A stretch of 41,169 nt of DNA, taken from NCBI GenBank assembly GCA_964016885.1, contig CAXHJY010000968.1, positions 1 through 41,169 on the forward strand, in the 5' to 3' direction. The translations under genes and the position numbers were made by a program. Positions 30,584 to 41,169 of the stretch are shown in pieces. Numbering within the stretch: position 1 is the first letter of the stretch; each line of letters starts with the position of its first letter. Below the pieces are notes generated by a model that saw only the letters and a program-made list of their open reading frames with translations, was not told the DNA's origin and did no database searches. Source of the DNA: Eledone cirrhosa. Taxonomy: Eukaryota.

Positions 30584-30782
30584 CAAATGTGATCCTATAG
30601 TCCACAAATAGGTAAGAGACAGTTCGATAAATTTCCAATCACAATAGTTTTACAATATCACAGACCATATAGATAATGAATTTTCCTGTGGTATTGATCG
30701 AGAAATTCCTCAATCAATTGAATAATTTAATCCTGGTTATTTTTATTCATATATATATATATATTCATATATATATATATTA

Positions 30783-30840
<58 letters not shown>

Positions 30841-30895
30841 AACAATAAGTGAAAGTCAACAGGTTAAAATTAACTTCGTTTATTCATATTCGCTG

Positions 30896-30936
<41 letters not shown>

Positions 30937-30939
<3 letters not shown>

Positions 30940-31095
30940 GGGGAGGGTCATATTGTTGTAATAATATTGGCAGAAATAATAATAGAACACACTCACTGTT
31001 TGGTTGGTTTTCGCTTCTGTATCTTTTATATCTCCACGGTTAATTTATTTGGCAATGAATGTTTATCATTGATTGACCAACAGTTAAAAATACAG

Positions 31096-31181
<86 letters not shown>

Positions 31182-31192
31182 CTGTGTGTTTC

Positions 31193-31258
<66 letters not shown>

Positions 31259-31433
31259 ATCAAAGTTCTTTCGTTGCACGTCTGCAACATCATCAGTGGT
31301 ACTATTATGTTGCCTCCTATTGCATTGTATTGTATTGTAATTCTGGCAATATTATTATAACAATACGACCCTCCCCAAGTATAACAATATTTGTTTCGAC
31401 ACACGATTTTATATCAAAAACCTTGCAAAAGAA

Positions 31434-31437
<4 letters not shown>
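30937..31437. mobile_element. Family D tails-out element split by (TA)n tracts
   Basis: TTGGGAGGGTCATATTGTTGTAATAATATTGGCAGAA (~30938-30974) inverted at ~31341-31378; tail matches 41085-41155. Confidence 0.6.
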
Positions 31438-31467
<30 letters not shown>

Positions 31468-31471
<4 letters not shown>

Positions 31472-31648
31472 TTCTACAGGACTAGAACTGTTTCATTCTT
31501 TAGAAATCATCAGGAATCTCTGAAACCTGATGATTTCTAAAGAATGAAACAGTTCTAGTCCTGATCTCATCTATATTAAAACTTTTATACTCTGCTATGT
31601 ATTGAGTACCTTACTTACTGTGGTTACCTCCGATTCAACCCGGAATAA

Positions 31649-31650
<2 letters not shown>
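31468..31650 (+). mobile_element. Family A fold-back element; complete hammerhead on minus 31468-31520
   Basis: Minus GAGATTC-CTGATGA-TTTCTAAAGAAT-GAAA-CAG..CTG-TA-GAATCTC; plus arm lacks TAGA at the cleavage site. Confidence 0.85.
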
Positions 31651-31692
<42 letters not shown>

Positions 31693-31704
31693 GTTGATTC
31701 ACGT

Positions 31705-31768
31705 AGTGCTGTTGAGCAAGACACTTTATTTCACTTTGCTCCAGTTCGCTCTGCTGGAAATAAGTAGT
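31705..31768 (+). mobile_element. SINE body fragment (separate family)
   Basis: GTTGAGCAAGACACTTTATTTCACTTTGCTCCAGTTCGCTCTGCTGG, related to ~34565-34612. Confidence 0.5.
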
Positions 31769-31910
31769 GAGGTTACTAGTGCCAAGCTTTATCCAATAGT
31801 TCATATATCGAGTAATCCTGGCATATATGGTATACCAATCCTGGACTCTCAACATGATAAACGTTCAACGTTATTGCCAGTATTATTGACGGCAGACGGT
31901 CACTACTACT

Positions 31911-32097
31911 ATATAATTGTTTCTACGTTTGGCACAAGGCCAGCAATCACCTCAGTGTGTTACTGGTACTTTATTTTATCGACCCCGTAAGGATGAAAGG
32001 CAAAGTTAACACCGGCGGGATTTGAACTCAGAATGGTAAGGGCCGTAACTCTAAGCATGGTGTCCGACCCTCAACCAAATACTGCCAATCCCCCGCC
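31911..32097 (-). mobile_element. SINE, near full length
   Basis: Reverse complement of the 2703-2890 family. Confidence 0.85.
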
Positions 32098-32497
32098 CAA
32101 GTACTATATGAATAAACTCATGTGGTCAATCAATAAATTTAATTTAAACTATTAATACTTCACATCTTTTATCACCTATTTAGCCGTCCGTCCGTCTGTT
32201 TTTATGTGTTGCCAAATGTTGAAGCTTTTTTAGTAATTTTCTAAGGAAATTTAGTCATCCCTTAATTAAAGTTTACAAAGTCTTTTGTTCCACTTTATAA
32301 AGCTAGTCTGTGTTTATTGGTCGGTTTTGTATTCACATTCGTTTCCTTTCTCACTATTTGCTTAATGGTGGTGTGGTGTGGTGTGGTGCAGTGTGGTGTG
32401 GTGTGGTGTGGTGCGGTGTGGTGTGGTGTGGTGTGGTGCGGTGTGTATACAACAGGTCTACGATAAGATGGCTCGCTCACACGATTTTACATAGCAG

Positions 32498-32602
32498 TTC
32501 GATAAAATAAAGTAAGACACTGGGGTCGATTTAATTGATTTTCCCCCACCCCGACCCCCCAAAAAATTGCTGGCCTTGTGCCTAAATCAGAAACCATCAT
32601 TA
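32498..32602 (+). mobile_element. SINE 3' fragment
   Basis: TCGATAAAATAAAGTA..CACTGGGGTCGAT...AATTGCTGGCCTTGTGCC...GAAACC. Confidence 0.75.
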
Positions 32603-33308
32603 TCATTTAAAAAAACATTTTTTTTTTGCTTTGTTTACTCTTACAACAGACAGACGAACATATTAATATATCTGGTGCTCTTAGGTTCACCATTCACCAC
32701 TCCCACCTCATCTGACTTGGTTGTATGTGTGTATATATATATGTGTGTGTGTGTGTGTCTGGAACATAGAGCAAGGAGCATCCAGTGCAAAGGGGGAAGG
32801 AAGAAAGGGAGGTAATAAAACGTGGTAAAGAAGGAGGAGGTGGATATTGGTGACCATATTTCAACGTAACGATTCAGTTATCAATTTGGACGGAAAGGCA
32901 AAGCTGGACTCAGTAACTTGTGAAGTTATTATATATTTAATTAATGGACAACTCAAAAACAGACAGACAACAAAAATGAACGCGTCCCAGGTGTAAGTCG
33001 ACCAATTAACTGATCGATATATCAATTTATCATTTATTCATTTGTATATTTGCTCTTTTAATGTTTTGTTTTCTGTTGTTTTTGTTCCCATGTTATGTGA
33101 AATTTGATGATATAGTATGGAGGTCACTGTGAGGAGAATTATGAAGGTTTATATGTCTCCCTTTATATATTTATATCTGTCTATATTTAATTAGTAAAGT
33201 ATAATGTGTATATATTTATATGATATACAGGTTTTAAGGTGAGGGTGTGTACGTTATATATATAAAGTTATACAATATGAGTTGTCCATTAATTGAGTTG
33301 TCCATTAA

Positions 33309-33549
33309 TAAATGGAAACTATATTTATAAAACCATAATTATTTTATTATATATATTTCAAGGGCGACCAAGCCAGCCTTGGTGCGCTTTCATCAGATAA
33401 AATACAAAATTTGTTTTATAAATATTTACACAACCATGCTAAACAAACTTGACGGTTGAAAAATCGCTGGATAGTACTGTTGAGTGCTCTATATCAGTTA
33501 TAAACTTTTAAGTTTGTTGGAATCCCAACAAATTAAATATAACTTCTAC
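33309..33549. mobile_element. Family E tails-out element
   Basis: Minus arm with complete hammerhead; plus arm ~33478-33549 is the E 3' tail into (TA)n. Confidence 0.8.
33340..33404 (-). ncRNA. Complete type I hammerhead ribozyme motif (family E)
   Basis: TATTTTAT-CTGATGA-AAGCGCACCAAG GCTGG CTTGGTCGCCCTT-GAAA-TATATA-TA-ATAAAATA; 8-bp stem I, palindromic ATATATAT stem III. Confidence 0.8.
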
Positions 33550-33574
33550 ATATATAAAGTTATATATATATAAA

Positions 33575-33706
33575 GTTTATCCCGGGTTCAATCGGGGGTA
33601 ACCACAGTAAGGTACTCAATACAAAGCAGAGTATAACTATTTGATATAGAAAGGCTTCTACAGGACGAGAACTGTTTCATTCGGGAGAAATAATCAGGAT
33701 GATTTC
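33575..33706 (-). mobile_element. Family A element, degenerate core (CTGATTA)
   Basis: Aligns to the reverse complement of 1620-1737. Confidence 0.8.
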
Positions 33707-33732
33707 TTTCTATACTAAATGTTATACACACA

Positions 33733-33836
<104 letters not shown>

Positions 33837-33864
33837 ATGTTAATGCCGTTTGTATTATTCATGT

Positions 33865-33923
33865 TTCGTATTCCAACGGATTTTATTGAAGGATTTTCCC
33901 GCTGAAATCCGTTGGAATACGAA
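33865..33923. repeat. 19-bp perfect inverted repeat (possible mini-MITE)
   Basis: TTCGTATTCCAACGGATTT / AAATCCGTTGGAATACGAA with 21-nt spacer. Confidence 0.7.
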
Positions 33924-33950
33924 CCTAAATAACTACAATACAAACGGTAA

Positions 33951-34130
33951 TAATAATTGTTTCTATTTTTGACACAAGGCCAGCAATTATCCCAGTGCAT
34001 TACTGGTACTTTATTTTATCGACCCTGTTTAGGATGAAAGGCGGGATTTGAATTCAGATCGGAAAGGCCCATAACTCCATGCTGAAAAGCATGGCGTCCG
34101 CCCCTCTAACGTTACTGTCAAGCCACCGCC
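33951..34130 (-). mobile_element. SINE with internal deletion
   Basis: Reverse complement of the 2703-2890 family. Confidence 0.8.
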
Positions 34131-34188
34131 CTTCAAACGGCAATAATAATAACAACGAAAGTAGTAACATAAATAGTAATATAAACAA

Positions 34189-34234
<46 letters not shown>

Positions 34235-34235
<1 letters not shown>

Positions 34236-34430
34236 GGGTTCAATCGGGGGTAACCACACTAAGTAAGGTACTCAATACATTAGTAGAGTGTAAACATCAA
34301 ATTTAATATAGAAATTGAATCTACAGGACTAGAACTGTTCCATTCAATAGAAATCACCAGGAAAGCACTTTCCTGGTGATTTCTTTCAAAAGGAAAGGAT
34401 CTAGTTCTGTACAAGCCATTTCCATATTAA
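34235..34430 (-). mobile_element. Family A fold-back element, diverged (CTGGTGA core in both arms)
   Basis: Tail on minus; turn at AGAAATCACCAGGAAAG-CA-CTTTCCTGGTGATTTCT. Confidence 0.75.
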
Positions 34431-34494
34431 ACAAGTTGGGTAAATATTCCCTTATAGACGAAAAAATAGGAACCTGCGGGAATCGAACTTGCAC

Positions 34495-34650
34495 CTTGCG
34501 GTTAGGGTTTTGTATTAATGATCATAATGATGTGGGTTCGATGCTTGCACCGGGTTGTGAATTGTTTTCTTGAGAAACACAAATCATTTTATGTTGCTTC
34601 AGTGCACTCAGCATTAGGTGGTAACCCTGCATTGGACTGACGTCATGTAC
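34495..34650 (+). mobile_element. Degenerate tRNA-derived SINE (separate family)
   Basis: GGTTAGGG...GGGTTCGATGC B-box-like, TTCTTGAG...GTTGCTTCAGTGCACTCAGC...ACCCTGCATTGGACTG. Confidence 0.5.
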
Positions 34651-34722
34651 TTTTAGTCAATGTTGATGAACAGGATCTGCACTTGATGAGATTTCCTGCT
34701 CGGGGCAGACTGTAACTTTAAC

Positions 34723-34795
<73 letters not shown>

Positions 34796-34923
34796 TACAT
34801 ACATACATACATACATACATACATACATACATACATACCCGTATGTGATTGACGACTGAGAGAAAAAGTACTGAATACCGAAGTAGATTTTTATTATTCA
34901 TTTTAATAAAGCAAAATAGTGAG

Positions 34924-34973
34924 TCTTTTTACTCTGGAGTTTCGCCTGTTTATCACAGGGCCATCAGAGAAGA
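34924..34973 (-). ncRNA. Degenerate hammerhead motif (A9G)
   Basis: Minus TCTTCT-CTGATGG-CCCTGT GATAA ACAGGC-GAAA-CTCCAGAG-TA-AAAAGA, AATAAA downstream. Confidence 0.55.
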
Positions 34974-34980
34974 ACTGTCA

Positions 34981-35055
<75 letters not shown>

Positions 35056-35081
35056 AAGAGAGAGAGAGATATGTATATATA

Positions 35082-35143
35082 TTGGGTCGTCAAGTTTGAA
35101 ATTTGTAGAAAAAGACATTTCTACAAATTTCATACTTGACGAC

Positions 35144-35147
<4 letters not shown>
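35082..35147. mobile_element. 66-bp TA-flanked palindromic mini-MITE (Tc1/mariner-like ends)
   Basis: TTGGGTCGTCAAGT.TGAAATTTGTAGAAA / TTTCTACAAATTTCA.ACTTGACGACCCAA. Confidence 0.6.
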
Positions 35148-35175
<28 letters not shown>

Positions 35176-35179
<4 letters not shown>

Positions 35180-35246
35180 TATGTATGTATACGTACATAC
35201 ATATATGTATACAGACGTACAGTAGCATGCATATATATACATATAT

Positions 35247-35293
<47 letters not shown>

Positions 35294-35797
35294 CACACAT
35301 ATATATATATATACACACACATACACATATACATACATATGCATACAGGTACATATACATATATGCACGCATCAGTTTAGCCGACGTTTATTATAACGCC
35401 TGCTTTGTTCGTTTGTTTGTCAACAAATCGAACAGCCTGAATTTATGCCATACGGTGTTAAGGCAACCACGTCACCTTTTTGTTCAACACTGACACAGGA
35501 ACGATGTACTAGTTTCAAGCTTGTCAGCTATCATCAGCACCGTTTACCCATCTGCCAGATAGTTGAACGTTCGAAAGTATATACTTTCCTTATGAAAATT
35601 AACGGCTGAGCAGCCTAATTTGCATATTGAGTGAGTTAAATCGGTCAGGCATACCGAAAACGATAAGTTAAAAAAAATGAAAACGAAATTTCATTTCTCA
35701 CTCATAGTATGGCACTTACTTAAATGTAAGTATGTATGTATACGTACATACATATATGTATACAGACGTACAGTAGCATGCATATATATACATATAT

Positions 35798-35846
<49 letters not shown>

Positions 35847-35972
35847 CACACATATATATATATATACACACACATACACATATACATACATATGCATACA
35901 GGTACACATACATATATGCACGTATATGTATATATATATGCATGCTACTGTACGTCTGTATATATATGTGTG

Positions 35973-36021
<49 letters not shown>

Positions 36022-36151
36022 ATATATGTATATATATGCATGCTACTGTACGTCTGTATACATATATGTATGTACGTATACATACATACTTACATTTAAG
36101 TAAGTGCCATACTATGAGTGAGAAATGAAATTTCGTTTTCATTTTTTTTAA

Positions 36152-36156
<5 letters not shown>
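35176..36156 (-). mobile_element. Retrozyme-like element: ~551-bp unit with ~195-bp direct repeat, one hammerhead and a ~195-bp inverted arm
   Basis: 35176-35369 repeated at 35727-35922; ~35663-35860 inverted at ~35961-36156; hammerhead at 35500-35544. Confidence 0.65.
35500..35544 (-). ncRNA. Complete minimal type I hammerhead ribozyme motif
   Basis: AACGGTG-CTGATGA-T AGCT GACA AGCT T-GAAA-CTAG-TA-CATCGTT; 7-bp stem I, palindromic ACTAGT stem III. Confidence 0.85.
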
Positions 36157-36190
<34 letters not shown>

Positions 36191-36192
<2 letters not shown>

Positions 36193-36352
36193 CGAAGGAA
36201 ATGTGGTAAGGAACCAGGTGGACCATAACGCACCAAAGTACTCAATACTTGAGGTAGTAGAGTGGATAATAGGAACCAGTAAGACCCCGACAGCTGAGCT
36301 CAGAATTAGCCGTCGAAACGGCTTGAGCTCAGCTGTCGGGGTCTTACTGGTT

Positions 36353-36357
<5 letters not shown>
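36191..36357 (-). mobile_element. Family B fold-back element
   Basis: Full tail on minus from (TA)n; inverted arm ends at CCTAT/(TA)n; both arms share the CAGCTGTC variant. Confidence 0.85.
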
Positions 36358-36394
<37 letters not shown>

Positions 36395-36684
36395 TATATA
36401 TATCCTCTTTTGTAGATGTCCTCTTCTACATGTTATTTTCATTCATTGCTATATTAAAAAAACAACAACAAAATCCTCCCGTATCTCACCCCTCCTCCCA
36501 CTAAAAATACCAAAGTAAGCCGTATTTCAAATGAAACATTAAGCAAATATTAATTTTAAAAAAATATCTATTTATCTGTCTATCTAACTCCCAGTTTCAT
36601 CTTCCATCCATCAATCTATCTAATTTTAAGAGAGGATAAAACAACGAACGCAATCAATCTTTTAAGAAAAATAAAAAAAATCTT

Positions 36685-36908
36685 TTAACCCTTTAGCATT
36701 TAAACCGGCTGTAACCGGCCAGAATTCTCTCACCTTTTTCTGTTCAAACTGGCCGTAACTGGCCGCTCATACTGTCATTATGGTTTTGTTATCAAAATAA
36801 ATATCAAAATCACATCGATTCAATATTATGTCAGATTATTTTGAGAGATACATCCTTTCCCATGAAAATTCGGTAGTATATATAGAGTAATTTAAATGCT
36901 AAAGTAAA
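36685..36908. mobile_element. piggyBac-type MITE (degenerate right end)
   Basis: TTAA-CCCTTTAGCATTTAAA ... TTTAAATGCTAAAG-TAAA. Confidence 0.6.
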
Positions 36909-36923
36909 CAACATAGAAGCAAA

Positions 36924-36965
<42 letters not shown>

Positions 36966-37093
36966 GAGAAAACACAGGTAAGCATTAAGAGAAGGATTTT
37001 CTGCTTCCCTAACTATATATATATATTTATAATTATACATTTTTGTGTGTGTATATATGTACATAGATATACATATGTATTTATATTTATACA

Positions 37094-37136
<43 letters not shown>

Positions 37137-37186
37137 TTATATATGTACATAGAGAGAGAGAGAGTCTGATATATGTTTTTCTAAAT

Positions 37187-37380
37187 ATAATTGTTTCTAC
37201 TTTTGACACAAGGCCAGCAATTACCCCACTGTATTACTGGTACTTTATTTTATCAACTCCCGTAAGGATGAAAGGCAAAGTTAACCTTGGCGGGATTTGA
37301 ACTCAGAATGGCAAGGGCCGTAACTCTATGCGTCAAAGGATGGCGTCCGACCCTCTACCGATACTGCCAATTCACCGCCG
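37187..37380 (-). mobile_element. SINE, full length
   Basis: Near-exact reverse complement of 2703-2890. Confidence 0.9.
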
Positions 37381-37652
37381 TTTTCCTATGTATAATACGT
37401 GACAATTGGTATTATCAATAGGATTGCCAGCTAGCGTCAGTGAAAAAATTGTGTTGTGTTGTCATAGTGACATCAATAGAATCCAATTATGAAACAGTTT
37501 AACCTATTTAAAGGTTATCGACCTTGTAATCAGTTTCGATTGTATTAAAGAGAAGAGCTGAGTTAACGAGATCAATATCTGTTAACAATGACACGGTTTT
37601 ATTGGGAGATAAACCAGCATTAAATAGAAATAAAACACAACTGTATTAATAC

Positions 37653-37832
37653 AACAGTAGAGGTCGCTGTCCTCGGCACCTCACTTTGAAGAACGTCATC
37701 AAAAGGAATCATGATGCGATCGGTCTCCTATCACAACTGGAGCCGGCGCTCTTGACTGGGATGATGGCAAGGGCCCAGACGGTGTAACCCTTTTCCTGTT
37801 CAAGGGGAGTAAATCTCTAGTCTGGGATGCCA
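37653..37832 (+). pseudogene. Frameshifted fragment of a CRE-clade non-LTR retrotransposon restriction-like endonuclease domain
   Basis: Manual translation GRCPRHLTLKNVIKRNHDAIGLLSQLEPA / LDWDDGKGPDGVTLFLFKGSKSLVWDA fits RH..LN..I.R, LEP, DGKRPDG.T, L.WD motifs. Confidence 0.75.
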
Positions 37833-37902
37833 ATGCCATATGTTGCCACTAATTCTCCTCCCTCACTCCAACCCAAACTTTTTCGCTGCGACCATATTTA
37901 TA

Positions 37903-38047
<145 letters not shown>

Positions 38048-38819
38048 GTGCATACATAATGATTGACTGAATAAAATATGTTTTCACAATGTAAATACAC
38101 ATGGAAGTATGCATAGGTGTATATATATATGGATGTTTGTATAGATGTATATATCCATGTTTATGCTTGTAAAAATATAACATTCTCTATATTTCACACA
38201 CACACACACATGTATATATAGTTATGCATACACACACACATAGAGGCGTGTACGTACACACACATAACGTAGGCTTAATTCCCTGATTTGGGAAGTTAAA
38301 TAATTAAACTGATTTAACTATTAAGTAAAGAAGAGGATCATACGTCGGTTTCGACGATGAACATTTTGCCTTTCGATCGACTTTATTCGTGAACTAGAAT
38401 GAAAACTTAGTGAAATCCCGGTGAGTGGTATATATTGATGGAGTCGTAGGGACTCCATAGAGACATACGGCGTTTCTTGGACATTTAAACCTTGTGGAGC
38501 CCGAGTTCCTCCCTTTTCCAGGTCAGAACCCCTCCCCACCCTTCCCAGACTAGGGTATAGTGTCTTCCACCTTCCCGTCTTCCTCTTTTCTCTTCTTAAT
38601 ATGTCTTATCGTGGACTTTATGAAATGCTGTTGTTCGCAGTCTTATCTAGTTGCCTATCTTAATTCCGAATGAATATAAATCAAAAAACTAAGTGAAGAT
38701 GTCATTTTTTTTACTTTATCTTACTATAGCTACCAATTACTAATTTTGTCGCTAATACTGCAAGATTCTGTGACTGGTTTTCAGGCACCAAAGGACTATG
38801 GGTTTTTTTGGTATCTATT

Positions 38820-39150
38820 GAGCAATCTCTGAATATCGTTGTGATTATGAAAGAATTCTGGACAAAAAAACAAGATATTACAATATTACGATATGACGCC
38901 AATAATTATAAAAAGAACATTGAAGATACTTATGAAGAAGTTAGGAATAAATGTCTTAGTGGGCTTTGGGAGAAAAACGAATAATTTGTGAACCAAATGT
39001 AAAGAAAGATAATAAGATTGGAGGGCAGTGAAGAATATTACAAGAATTAAGATTTGAAGAAGTTGATGTGTGTGATATTGAGGATTTGTGACATGTTGAT
39101 AAGAAAACGTTGACATCTGAATATTTATTGAAGATTAAACAGAACCATAA
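38820..39150 (+). pseudogene. Decayed Tigger/pogo transposase C-terminal fragment
   Basis: Manual translation MKEFW, KNIEDTYEEVRNKCLSGLWEK, LRFEEVDVCDIEDL*HVDKKTLTSEYL, with stops and frameshifts. Confidence 0.55.
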
Positions 39151-39650
39151 GTGTCTAGTAGCAATAATGAAGTCAGAGATTCGTCCATAAACTGTTTTAA
39201 AAAACAGAGATCTTATCAAAAAGACTTAAGGAAGAAATAACTCGTACTTTAGAGAGATTTTTCCAGAAAACTGGCCAAGTTATCCATGAAACTTGGAAGT
39301 TAAAGGGTAGCATCAACGTGATAGAGAGAAGAATGAGAAGTTAGTAACAAAAGTCAATGGTTTGTAACTAGAATTAGAGGTTTGGAACCAGAATTTAAGA
39401 TCTGTAGCAAGAATTTGAGGTTTGTAAGACGAATAAGAGATTCGTAAGAAAAATGTGAGGTTCATAAAGAAGTTACACCACACACGCACGCACACGCACA
39501 CGCACACGCACACACACATACACTTATGTATACAGGGTGTCCTCCCAAAATGTAATATGTATATATATACGTATATAATATATATGTATATATATGTATA
39601 TATATATATATGTATATGTATATATATAATATGTATATATATATAATATA

Positions 39651-39763
<113 letters not shown>

Positions 39764-40061
39764 TCATAATACACACACACATTATATATATATATGTATA
39801 TTGTTTTCAGTATGGATATTACCACGACTACCCCAGTACACGCTTCTATATATCATATCCTATGATATCTGTCATAACTTTGCAAATGTTCATCTAGACC
39901 AATTATTGCTCAAGATAGCAATAACTATGCATTCAAATCAGGATCACTGCTCACCTATGCGATATCGATAATTTGATAACTGCCAACCATCATCTCTGTA
40001 TAATTGCATTGATGTGTGAATGTCGAAACATGGATACATATATATATATATATATATATAT

Positions 40062-40183
40062 GCAAAAGTTTTATTTAAAATTGTTGGGTTACAACGAGTA
40101 AATATTTTATAACTGATATAAAGCACTCAACAATTTTTGGAGTAGATATACGATATTAAAATAGTTTCCATTTGTTTAATATC

Positions 40184-40186
<3 letters not shown>
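40062..40186. mobile_element. Family E tails-out fragment
   Basis: Minus tail then plus AATAGTTTCCATTTGTTTAATATCGTAT; ATACGATATTAAA/TTTAATATCGTAT inverted. Confidence 0.7.
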
Positions 40187-40215
<29 letters not shown>

Positions 40216-40220
<5 letters not shown>

Positions 40221-40656
40221 GATCCGCCTCTTCGTTGCTCTAGAGGAGTCTGTGCTGCTGTACGGCTCTGAGACTTGGACACTGACCAAGAAACTCACTC
40301 AGATGTTGGATGGGTGCTACACGAGAATGCTGAGGATGGCTCTGAACATTAATCAGTATACACTGAGGATGAAAAACTCAGAGCTGTATGGGAGCCTCCC
40401 AAAAGTCAGCTCAAAAGTGACACAGAGGAGACTGAGGTTAGCTGGACATGCTCACCGATATCCAGAGTTGACATTGCACTCAGTGCTCCTGTGGCAGCCC
40501 CTACATGGACACACTAGAAGAGGAAGACCAAGGTTAACGTATGTTGATGCCCTAAGGACAGACACTGGTCTGTTGGAGACGCAGGACATGGCAGCAATAA
40601 TGAGGGGCAGAGACCGCTGGAGAGAACTCGTCCATGGATCTCGGGAATTTTACCCG

Positions 40657-40659
<3 letters not shown>
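40216..40659 (+). mobile_element. 5'-truncated RTE-clade LINE, C-terminal (thumb and downstream) part of ORF2
   Basis: KIRLF....ESVLLYGSETWTLT, RMLR, RRLRLAGH, RRGRPRLTY.D, DR..WR-type motifs; open frame; (TA)n on both sides. Confidence 0.85.
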
Positions 40660-40724
<65 letters not shown>

Positions 40725-40726
<2 letters not shown>

Positions 40727-40890
40727 TGGGTGGCGAATTGCTGTGTCATTAGAGCGTCGGATAGAATGCTTTGCAGCATTCGTTTCGGTTCTCTGGTCTC
40801 TGGGTTCAAATACTGCCGAAGTCAACTTTGCCTTTCATCCATCTGGGGTGCATAATAAAAAAGTACCAGTCTTGTACTGAGGTCGATTCT
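40725..40890 (+). mobile_element. SINE (diverged)
   Basis: TGGCGAATTG head, GGGTTCAAAT B-box, GTCAACTTTGCCTTTCATCC, AAGTACCAGT. Confidence 0.8.
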
Positions 40891-40984
40891 TCCTTTATAT
40901 CTCTTTCTCACTCTCTCTCTTTCTCTGGAGGAAATCTGCCGTATTCAGACCCGGAGAGGCGTGCGCATATGCACAGGCATACAG

Positions 40985-41018
<34 letters not shown>

Positions 41019-41026
<8 letters not shown>

Positions 41027-41165
41027 ACACTTTGGGAGGGTCATGTTGTCAATGAAAACACATGAGTGTTTTTATTGGCAACATGACCCTCCCAAAGTAT
41101 AACAATATCTGTTTCAACACACGTTTTCAGATAAGAAATCTCGCAAAACAAATTCAAAAACGAAT
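41019..41165 (+). mobile_element. Family D fold-back element
   Basis: 41019-41061 inverted to 41066-41108 (3 mismatches); tail homologous to 31367-31437. Confidence 0.75.
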
Positions 41166-41169
41166 TACA

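Noticed and set aside
38325-38425. Exon candidate ending at strong donor CCG|GTGAGT
   Set aside because: All three plus frames contain stops unless it is a 23-nt micro-exon or UTR; unsupported
41095-41132. Hammerhead-like CTGAAAA...GAAACAGATATTGTT on minus in family D
   Set aside because: G8 missing, no stem II, absent from the second copy, and opposite to the orientation implied by the junctions

Overview
Animal genomic DNA that is very AT-rich and almost entirely repetitive. It is probably an octopus or other coleoid intron or intergenic region, inferred from SINEs that resemble octopus families I recall. Nearly all ORFs in the track are translations of (TA)n, (CA)n, (GA)n, (CATA)n or (TAC)n microsatellites. 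The only recognisable protein-coding remnants are transposon fragments: an RTE-clade LINE C-terminus, a CRE-type restriction-like endonuclease and a Tigger/pogo transposase piece. There is one plausible short host exon. The window also holds about 17 SINE copies or fragments, several MITEs and an 11-bp minisatellite. The main signal is about 25 short non-coding islands inside the (TA)n tracts. They belong to roughly nine families that carry type I hammerhead ribozyme motifs (CUGANGA...GAAA...NUH, palindromic stem III) typical of Penelope-like element termini and retrozymes. Eight cores are complete. Most multi-copy islands are inverted duplications with both 3' ends facing outward: one arm runs to the family 3' end and the other stops at an internal TA-like microhomology. 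Both arms of a copy share private variants, and three families share a 3' ACTC...TTGAGTRC hairpin. All structures were folded by eye and none has been tested.
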